Part shown: positions 1 to 9,404 of the stretch, piece after piece
How positions within the stretch are numbered: the stretch's first letter is position 1
How the letters are laid out: each line of letters starts with the position of its first letter
Assembly: GCA_043228905.1 (NCBI GenBank)
Contig: JBHGNT010000001.1
Span: forward strand, 19,096,001 to 19,160,000
Length of the DNA stretch: 64,000 nt
Direction of reading: 5' to 3'
Source of the DNA: Azolla caroliniana
Lineage: Eukaryota; Plantae; Polypodiophyta
Position numbers and translations under genes: made by a program
Notes under the pieces: model-generated
Seen by the model: only the letters and a program-made list of their open reading frames with translations
Told to the model about the DNA's origin: nothing
The model's database searches: none

Positions 1-796
1 AAGGAGCTGGTAGTACACAACTAGAATTTTTGTTTGATAAAGTATGCAATATACCACAAAGGAGCCGATAACATATGGTGATGCGGAGTCCGGAGCCACG
101 AAAAGGCAACAGTGGTGTGTGAGGCACACTTCGGGGTAGCCAACGGCCATTATAGAATAGAAGTGATGGCTCATAAGATTTGGCAGAGTGGTCTATGGTG
201 GCCAACCACTCAAAGAGAGCCCATGAAATATTCGGGGGAATGCGATTAATGCTAGAGGATGGGCTAGCCGATAGAAAAGGCCAGAATGCCACACAAACCG
301 ATCCTGCCGCTGGCGCCTTTCCAAAAATGGGGATTAGATTTTGTCGGCCCATTAAAGCCAACAACAACAAGGACCAACAATACGTATATTATTGTCTCCA
401 CAGACTATTGCACCAAGTGGGTAGAGGCCAAAGCACTAAGGTAAAACACGGTAGCATCGACAACAAAACTCTTGTACGAGCACATATGTTGTCGATTCGG
501 CTGTCTTATAGAGTTAATCAATGGTCAAGGAGGTCAATTCATCAACAAGGTTATTTAGGGACTGGCACTGTATTATGCTGTAGTGTATTATGTTGTATTG
601 CAAACAGATTACCCGAATAAACAAACAAGATGTTGTAGACGATCTTGAAGAAAATTGTGAATGAGAATAAACCAGACTAGGATCAGAAGTTGAACAACAC
701 ATTATGGGCATATCAAATGAGCTACAAAACGAGCATACAATCAACATCATTCAGATTGGAGTTCGGATTAGAGGCAGTGATGCCAATCGAATTCCA
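1..796 (+). pseudogene. Degenerate Ty3/gypsy integrase fragment
   Basis: Frameshifted translation gives [40 protein letters not shown] and FGLEAVMPIEF, homologous to the integrase at 12928-13986 but on the opposite strand. Confidence 0.85.
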
Positions 797-2192
797 CCTT
801 GGCCGGAGATGGTTTCCAACCGTATGGTCCACATAGGTGCCCGACGACCATGATCTCTGGTTGCCCGAAGGCCGATTTTTCCCCGGAGAAGGTGAGCCTC
901 GCGCCCTCTAGTCTATGTAGCACCTTCTCGCAGTCATCGATGTGAGTCACCACGAAATTCCGACATCCGTCCGGTTCGATCGTCTCGTCCTTTTCCTCCA
1001 CCGGGCATCCCCTGATCGGGATGTCGTCTAAGAATGGCCTGGTGATGTCCGGGATACAATCCCTGAGCACTTTGTTCATCGCGTTCACCATGTGAGCCAC
1101 CGAGTTCGTCCCTCGTGGTAGGGTACACATCCGCACTAGGCCGAGAGGAGTCCGCATTGTCGTAATGTCTCTGCTCTCCACGGCTAGTTGGAACTGATCG
1201 TACCCCGAGTACAGATCACCAACAGAGTAAATCGACCTTCCGGCGAAGGCCTCTGCGAACTCGTCTATGGTTGGTCCGATTCCCGCGTTCCGAATGGTCA
1301 CCTTGTTGACCGGTTGTAGGTCCTGAATGAAGCGCAGTGTGCCGTTCTTCTTCGGCACCGTAAACCACCGATTCGAATACGGGGCACTCGACGGTTCGAG
1401 GATGCCCATCTCCACCTTTTGCTTCAGAAGCTCCATCAACGTCGGGACATGAGCTCTCGACACCGGAATCGGTTTGAGATTCCACGGTACATGCGGTACC
1501 GTGAAGATCACCATTGGTTCGACGATCGTCGGGTCCATGCACCCGATATCCTCCGACGAGAATGCGAAGGCTTTCCCATGCCTTCCAAGCATTCTCCGAA
1601 ACCTGTCCTCCTCGGCCGGCAGTAGAAAGCCACCCCCACCGACCTTGAGCCCCCGTAGCGTTATGTCGGTGAACCGGTGCCCTATGCCAGCCGGATTCCG
1701 TAAACTTGGGTCCGACGCGACCCCTTCTATCTGCTCCTCGCTGCCCTCCGGCAAGGGTGCCGCGACTGGCCTCACCTTCCGGTCCACAGACTTGTACTTT
1801 GTATCCACGCGGGACGTCCGATCCGACCCGATCCTTTCCCCGAAGTCCGCGATGACTTCGTACACTCCCATCGAACTAACCGGAACGGTCCGGTCTTCTC
1901 TAAGGTCTTCCCCGATCACCTTTCGTAACTTGCCCAAGGTGTCGTCGAAGGAGACCGCCTCCATGGCGCCGCTGATCTCTTCGTCGGGGGAGAGGACTCC
2001 GCATCCCCTAAGCCGCTCCTCCGCTCGCTTCCTTTCCCGACCGCTGACGCCGGTTATAGTACAACCCCCACTGTCGGAGAACCAAAATTTCCTACCTATG
2101 GTACAGGTCTTCTTCCCTACTGTACATTTGTGGGGTTTTTCCGGGGTGTCCGGACTATCGCGGCCCCACGCCTTGATAGCCCTCTCTAAAAA
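797..2192 (-). pseudogene. Reverse transcriptase (pol) of element G, C-terminally truncated
   Basis: ORF 768-1964 plus a stop-free upstream extension to ~2192; APYSNRWFTVPKKNG, LRFIQDLQPVN, FLDDIPI. Confidence 0.85.
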
Positions 2193-3980
2193 TCCCCTTG
2201 GATTTTGCCTCCGAGGGTCTCGCGGTTACGCTCATGGTTTGGTCGCACCATCAGGAACTGGACCGAGTGACGCCCGTCCTGGCTCTTGACTCTTGCATAG
2301 GCCGAACCGTTGTCCAGCACCTTGGTTTCCATCCGTGCCGCCGTGATGTATGGTTCTCCTAGTATAATAACCGGATGTGAGGACGTCTCCTGCACGAAGA
2401 AGTGCTGGTCAATCTTGACATCGTCGATTTTCACCCGTACGTTCGGGCAGGCTCCATGTAGTTCTTCCGTGGCGCGTGTCACTGCCCGTATTTTCCAGCC
2501 GTGTTTGGTGTTGATCGGCCATTTGTCCTTCTTGTAGAAGTCCATGGACATCAAGCTGATTTCTGAACCGTGGTCCACCAACGCCACCACCGGCTCCTGG
2601 ACACCCCCGATCTTAACAGGGGTCTCTGTGGTCGCTCTGGCCCAGTGTGGATTTGAATAGTATCTTTCTGCCAACTCGTCTTCTAGCGCCATGTCCTCTG
2701 TGCGTCATTCGACAGCCTCTTCCTTCTCACCAAGTCTACGATGGAGTCGTGGAACTCCTTCTTGGAGATCCCGAGCACTTCCCTCAGCGACAACTCCACT
2801 TTGCTATCGAGGATACGTTCCTCCAGGACCTTTCGCAAGTCCGTGGTCCTTTCGATTTCCATGCTCAACTGGTACTTGGCCTTCTTGGCTTTATCCGGTG
2901 CGTCGGTCGCACCGGCCTCATTCTGCCTTTGGCCGAATCGGGTCTCGTACCATTGCGAGGGCCCGGCCCCTCCGGTTTTACCTACTTGCTTGTCTTCCAC
3001 CAAAGCCTCGTAGTTCTGGCATGCGGCTTCAACAAAGCCCGTCTTCTCTTCGACCGGGTCACTCCACCCGGTTACCTCCCAGACCCATTTTTCTGCGCGG
3101 TCCGCTTCTTCTTTCCTTAGCCGCGCGTCGGCGAGGCCTTCCAGCATCAGCGGCCAGAATCCGGCTTCGTCCGTCTTCCGGGCCTCACCACCTCCGACCC
3201 GGATCCCTACTGACGTCGAGTAGTGGACGGTCTCCGCGTGGCGAGCCGCCGCTTCTTCCATCAGCCGTTTCATACCCCCTCGCCCGACATTCAGGTCCAG
3301 GGCCCTTCGGGTCTCGCTAGTGTGCACCCGACCGTTCCATAGGTACACCACGTTGGCTCTCATTGCCTCGACGAAGTCCCCGCAGTCCCTCTGGACGTGG
3401 CCGACTGCGTCACACCACAAACACCGGTTTCCGGCCAGAGGCCTTCGGTCACGGGCCTGTTTGCCGCCGTCCCTCCGTGCCTGTGCAATCTGGAGGTCCT
3501 TTACCATCCTAGTAAGCTCCTCTAGAGCTGCTCCTCCGCTCGAGCCTCTAACCGAGCCGGTCGGAGTCGATCCGGTCTCGAGCCAGTCTCGGGTCTCTTC
3601 CCCTCGCGCTGGTGGGGCTGGCTCAAGATTCCTTGCTGCTACAGAGCCCACCCCGGTTGATCCTTTATCGACCCACTCTCGTCGTTTGTCAAAACGGCCA
3701 CAGACTCTCTTCACCACGGCCCAGTCGGCCGTCAGCCCGTCATCAGTCTCCAGTAGGAGACCCACTTGCTCCCGGTCCCTCGCATCCACCAACTTAACGA
3801 ATAGCAGGATGCGACTCTTGTCTAGTATTGTCCGGTCGAGTGCCGAAAGACGCACGAAGCGTTCTTCGAACTCCCAGAGGAACACTGATGCGTTTCTCCC
3901 CTTTTCGGGGGTCTCTACCCATTCCATGAAATCCCGTTTCGAGAGCCGAAGCGCGTCGTCAAGCCCGTATTTTTCGAGGA
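797..3980 (-). mobile_element. Ty3/gypsy element G internal region (gag-PR / RT), fungal-like type, truncated at both ends
   Basis: Gag zinc knuckle CLWCDAVGHVQRDC (ORF 2683-3927), protease LVDHGSEI (2186-2692), RT motifs DLYSGYDQ and FLDD (768-1964). Fused to the integrase fragment at ~796 and cut by an LTR at 3981. Confidence 0.9.
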
Positions 3981-4436
3981 TGTTAATCGGCTAATTACTA
4001 ACTACTACCGATACAGAAGAGTGAACGTCGCTACTCAACGTTCTACCAAGGAATTGTGTTTTACGAACAGAAATATACTATATTAATCGGTAATTACCGT
4101 GATCGTTACTTAGTTATAAATTAGGAAGATTGCACTTAACAAAATAGACAATAGAAAGAACACAGAATCCGTACATGATATTCCTAACTTAAACTTATAT
4201 TACTAAATAAACGACCTTTCTTACAATGCCTTCGGTTCCCTTTTATAGGTATACCGAAGGTCTTTTCTCATCAAGAACTATTCCTACTTACTATCAAGAA
4301 TTACAAAATTATCTAACTAACTTAGTTCTCTTCGTTCACTGCTGAGTCATCGATCCGAACAGTCGATCCGAACCGACTCCGTTTTCGACGCTTTCCCACT
4401 TGTTCGGTAAAACTGACTGTCCGGGTCTGGGTAACA
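3981..4436 (-). repeat. LTR of gypsy family D (3' LTR)
   Basis: TGTTA...TAACA termini; TATA-like CCTATAAAAGG on the minus strand; followed by the tRNA-like motif and an acidic ORF end (SIFDILNDSDEELQE*) like the 3' end of element A. Confidence 0.8.
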
Positions 4437-4438
4437 CT

Positions 4439-4478
4439 TGGCACGTCCGTGGGCCAGGACCTTGTCCAGCGAACCCAC
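4439..4478 (+). other. Antisense PBS-like (tRNA-Arg 3'-end) site at the PPT position, family D
   Basis: TGGCACGTCCGTGGGCC-AGGACCTTGTCCAG-CGAACCCAC starting 2 nt after the LTR. Confidence 0.75.
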
Positions 4479-4680
4479 GCCTATTCCTGTAGCTCTTCAT
4501 CCGAATCGTTCAGAATATCAAAAATCGAAGGCTCTTCTGGCCTTGGATGTATTCCATCTATATCCTCCTCTTCATCTTCATCTTCATCTGTGTCACAGTC
4601 GTCATTCGGAGCAGGTTTTGCATGTTGTGATTCGGTTGGCTGCTCTGGTTCACTTCTTCCGGGAGCTTGTATTTCAAACT

Positions 4681-6775
4681 CTGTATACCGGGTCGGTGGA
4701 ATATTTCAAACTCGAGCTCCTGTAACAGTAAGGTCCACCAGGCCAATTTGCCGGTGAGTGACGCTTTGGACACCAGGTAAAGGAGTGTCGAATGATCTAC
4801 ATGGAAGGAAAACTTCCTTCCCAACAAATAATACCGAAACTTTGTCACATTGTAGATCATCCCTAGAGCTTCCCGTTCCGTAGTAGAGTAGTTCCGTTCT
4901 GCTTGGGATAGCTTCCGGCTGGCATAGTACACTGGCCGGTACCACTTTGGTTCCGTAAGCTGCATTAGTACGCTTCCGATTGCGATGTCGGAGAAGTCCA
5001 CGAACACGTGAAATTCTTTACTCCAATCCAGAGGCTGCACTACCGGTGCCTGCGACAATAGTACCTGTAGGGCCCTATACGCCCTATCCTCAGTGTCGGT
5101 CCACTGGAATGGTGTCCGATGTACGGCGGCATGCAACGGTGTAGCCAGGTCAGCCAAGTATCGGAGCATCCGGTTGTGCCACCGGATCTGGCCTAAGAAC
5201 CGGCTTAATGCCTTTGCCGTTGCCGGCGCCGGTGCTTCTAATATGGCTTTCACTTTGTCTGGGTCGACTGCTATACCTTCCTGGCTCACAATATGTCCTA
5301 ATAGCATTCCACACTTTGCCGAATTCAAGCTTAGCCGGTACGCTCTACACTTTTCAAGACAAAGGCGGAGGTGCTGAAAATGGCCCTCCTCCCGGCTATA
5401 GACGGCGAAATCGTCAAGGAAAACTTGCATAAAAGCCGGGATATATTCACCAAAGATTTCCATGATGATTCGTTGAAATGTGGACGGTGCCGTTTTGAGT
5501 CCGAACATCATCACCACGGCCACAAAAACCCCCCATTCGGTGACGAATGTCGTTTTCTCTTGGTCGTCGGGGTGCATCCGGATCTGATTATACCCGCCGA
5601 ATCCGTCTAGGAAGCTATAGACCTCATGGCCGGCGACGGCATCCAACACTCCATCTGTGAACGGAAGTGGAAATGCATCCGTTACCGTAGCTACATTGAG
5701 TTTCTGGTAGTCTACGCAAACTCGAATTTTTCCGTTCTTCTTCGGTACGACTACGATCGGGCTCAGCCATGTCGCTTTCTTTACCGGACGGATAAAGCCA
5801 ACTCTTAGTAGTTTGTCGATTTCCTCCTTGACTTTGGCGGCATAATTGGGATTCATCCGGTACCGTCTTTGTGCCACTAGTTTTGCGTCCTTGCACAAGT
5901 GCACCTGATGCTGGTATAACTGAGGGTCGAGTCCTCGCATATCTTCGTATGACCAGGCGAACACATCGCGGAATTCCGTGAGAAGTGTGATCATCACAGT
6001 TTTGTCTTCGGATTTCATCTCCTTGGCGATGTGCACCGGTTTTGCTTCGTCCGTGGTGCCTAGGTTCACCTCTTCCAGTTGCGACGCTTTCACGCGCTGT
6101 GAAACGGCCATTTCCCGTTCCAACACTTCCTGCGCTTGCCGTAACTCCCGGATTGCGTCTTTATCCGGTTCTGCTTCAGCCTCTTCCGGTTGCGGTAAGT
6201 ATGGTGCTACTGCTTCGGCAATGTCAATTTCAAAGAGGGCTATGATCTTCGGGTTTTCCTGCAGGTACTGAGCTTCTTCTTCGTCCGCTAACCCTTCTAG
6301 CATGTTGACGCATTCCGCATACAAAGGTGTACATTCCTTGCCAGTGCTCGTCCTTGGCTGTGTTGGTACCCGTACCTTGGCTTTTCCTCGCCGAAAGGTA
6401 ATTATATTTTTCCGCCAATTCTATTAGATATGTGCCGTTTTCAACCATGGCCGCCCCAGCAATAGCGGGTATGCGCCTTGTGCTTGTAATTGTAGCACTA
6501 TGGCCGAGATGTGAAATGTATGACCGCCGACGGTGACTTCTAATTTCCGTATTAATCCTATCGGCCGCACTGAGCTTGTATCGGCCATCCACAACCAGAA
6601 CGAACATGGCTCCCACTCGTGGATTCCTAGGTCATCACACGTCTGGAGGCTTATTACATTCACTCCAGAGCCTCCGTCTATAACTGTGCCGGGGAGTTCT
6701 TTCCCCTTTACAATGGTAGTGATTACCGGACTACTGGTGTCCACCACCGTAGGTCCCATTGTTAGCCAAGAGCTC
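4681..6775 (-). pseudogene. Gypsy family A pol fragment (PR-RT-RNase H)
   Basis: ORF 4558-6324 (LDGFGGYNQI, FLDD, RNYSTTEREAL) and protease IDGGSGVN; near-identical to 14033-16125. Confidence 0.9.
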
Positions 6776-8270
6776 GTTTTCTCCATTTCTCTAACCCGGT
6801 CGATGACCTGGTCGACGGTGCTTGTGCGAAAGTCGATGACCATGCATACCGTTCGTAGAGGTTCCCGGCACACGGCTAAAAATATAGCCCGTGTTTCTTC
6901 CTCCGGAGGTGCGGGGGTAAGCTGATTGTGCATCCGTTGAAATCGGATGACAAACTGCGGAATGCTCTCCCCGAGGTCCTGCCGGATGGTATAAAATAGG
7001 CCCACCATTTCTCTCTGGTTCACCTCCTTCTGAAAGAAGTGCAAGAATTTATCTTTCAGGTCCGCAAAGGCAGTGATGCTACTGGTGTCCTGCGTCCGGT
7101 GCCATCTGCTGGCCGGTCCTTCTAGTGTCACGCCGAATTCGGCTATCTTAGATCGTTCCTCTTCGGCCGTGGTTAACCGTTGTCACACATGGTTCGCCTC
7201 CCATGTTTGTTGAAACGGGTGAACATGAGCCTCCGCGTCCGGGTCATCCCTATACTTGGAGTACTGGAACGACATGTCGTCGTCCGGTGTTGGTACTCAG
7301 GCTGGCGGTGTCGGTGGTCTTTCCTGCTGTTCCGTCGGCGTCGGAGGTCTTTGCCGGTCTTCCTTTGGTGTTGCCAGCTCGACTTCCACTGTCAGAGGTC
7401 TTTCTTTGTCTTCTTCTGTCTCCGGAGGTTGCTCCAAGTCTAGTGCCCGGGGTTCCCGGTCTGACAACTCTGGTTCCGGTGTCAGTAATGTATCCGACTC
7501 CTCGTCCTCCGGTCCTCCTGGGGTGTCGTTACTGCTGCGATAGTTTGTGTGTGCACTGTAACCTTTTCCGAATCCGATTCCAGCGCTGAAAATGCTTCGG
7601 ATTCGCCGTCTCTTCCGGCCAAGGCCTGGAGAAGGGATTCCGCTTCCCGGAGGCTGCTCAAGCTGCTTCCTTTGTCCGGGTAGGTGTTTTGTTGCAGACG
7701 GAGCGACTCCTCCGCCACTTTCTGGATCACTTTGGAAAATGATCGATCCGATCGGATTTCTTCCGTTGCTTGCTGGAAAGCCTCCCGCCACCTTTGCCGT
7801 TCAGCAAGTCTTCCTACTCTCTCCGTAACCGAGTCGTTTGTTGGCCTAGTCATCCATTCCCGCCGTTGTTCACTGCGATTGTGCAGGAATCGTGGTCACC
7901 AAAAACTGTGTTAATCCTAGGGCCGGACAACGGCCTAACACAGGGTGTCCACTTAAGACACTTCACCAAAGGGTGTTACTGCAAGATAACTTACGACACA
8001 ACGCTTAATTAGACCTTAATTGGTTACTTAGCAATACATCATTAACACGTGTAAGATATACAATAAGCACAGAACGGTAATCAATACTGAAAGGTTAAGG
8101 CAATAAGTTCTATTAATTATCCGCTGTCAATTACATTGTAACCGGGCCTTGATATAGGTCTCCGGTGCGAAGAACAAAACGGTGCCAACCGGCACCTATT
8201 TGGAATCGGTCCGGATCCGGATCGGCACACTAATTCCGGTCCGTCCGTCCATATTAATAAAATAATTACA
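6772..8270 (-). mobile_element. Gypsy family B 5' part (gag, PBS, truncated 5' LTR 7909-8270), duplicate of 60259-61775
   Basis: Near-identical sequence and ORFs to 60259-61775; PBS TGGTGACCACG at 7891-7901 (minus). Confidence 0.9.
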
Positions 8271-8917
8271 CAATGGCCCTACCTATCACCAAAGCTTGGA
8301 GGGCCGAACGCAACACAACTAGGAAGAGAGCCAATTTAAAGACTTAGACTCTAGAATCACATTCTTCGAGGATTGGGTGGGGACCCTATCTATCTCGATG
8401 AAGACCTCACTAAGATGCAAATTGAGCATCGCAAGAGTTGTATGCCACGAGTTATGCAAGCTCGTAAAGAAGGGCATCACATCTTTTATTGAGATGGGTG
8501 AGTGATCATAAATTATCGCACTATTAATTGACGGCATGTGACCCATGTGACAGAAAATACACTTAGGATGACCTTATGGAATTGTAACGGGGCACTCTGG
8601 ACACACCCCGAATGCCTAGAGGAGATATTTAAGGTATCCGATATACTTTTCTTAGTAGAAACACACCAAAGCCCAAATAGAGGACTCCCACGAGTTGAAG
8701 GATTTCCTTGGGAGTCAGCTTTTAGACAAACCTCATGTCGATGCACTACCAAGGATCTAGAGGTGTCGCAATATTCTTTCGGAGAGAGCTACATAATAGG
8801 ATAGAAATACTGAGAATAGACCCAAAAGCTCATTTTATGTGGGTGAAAGTCTCCACAAGCAAGGACAAGGCAGTATTCTTCACCATTTGTTACTTCCCCC
8901 CGAAAGGCTCTCATTAT
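8271..8917 (+). mobile_element. LINE fragment (end of ORF1, APE endonuclease N-terminus of ORF2)
   Basis: MTLWNCNG..ILFLVETH..GSRGVAIFF..ICYFPP endonuclease motifs; duplicate of 62451-63099; interrupted by element A. Confidence 0.8.
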
Positions 8918-9350
8918 TGTTAACTCTTCGGGCCGGACAATGGCCTAACATAGGGTGTCTACGTGAGACACTTCACCAAAGGGTGTTACGGCAACCGGAT
9001 TAGACTTCAACGCTTAATTTGACTTAGTTAAGTTACTTATTAGGATCGTCTTCATAACACGCGTAAGATATAACAATTAAGACAGAACGGCAATTGACAC
9101 AGAGATATAACAACGCTTAAGCTTTCATTAATTAACCGCTAACTATTACATTGTATCCGGGCCTTTAAATAGGTTTCCGGTCTGTATTACAAAACGGTGC
9201 CATCCGCACCTGTTCGGGATCGGTCCGGATCCGGAACGGCATACCGATTCCGGTCCGTCCGTCCACACTCATAGCTTAATTACAACCACATTCCTACTAC
9301 TTAATTAGCTCTCCGTTTCCCACTCTGGACTCCTTTGCCGGCCGGTAACA
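8918..9350 (-). repeat. 3' LTR of element A
   Basis: Direct repeat of 18372-18805; TATA-like CCTATTTAAAGG on the minus strand. Confidence 0.93.
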
Positions 9351-9352
9351 CA

Positions 9353-9394
9353 TGGCACGCCCGTGGGACAGTACCTTGTACGTCGAATCCACAA
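9353..9394 (+). other. Antisense PBS-like (tRNA-Arg 3'-end) site at the PPT position, family A
   Basis: TGGCACGCCCGTGGGAC-AGTACCTTGTACG-TCGAATCCACAA starting 2 nt after the LTR; no purine tract abuts the LTR. Confidence 0.8.
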
Positions 9395-9404
9395 CCAACC
9401 CTTC

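Noticed and set aside
1474-3994. Long + strand ORFs (1474-2289, 2691-3320, 3320-3994)
   Set aside because: Antisense shadows of GC-rich gag/pol.
3981-4436. Solo LTR
   Set aside because: No TSD (GAGGA vs CTTGG), and it is followed by internal element sequence.
9351-9400. A true tRNA gene next to the LTR
   Set aside because: Only the T arm and 3' acceptor strand are present; no D arm, anticodon arm or 5' acceptor strand.
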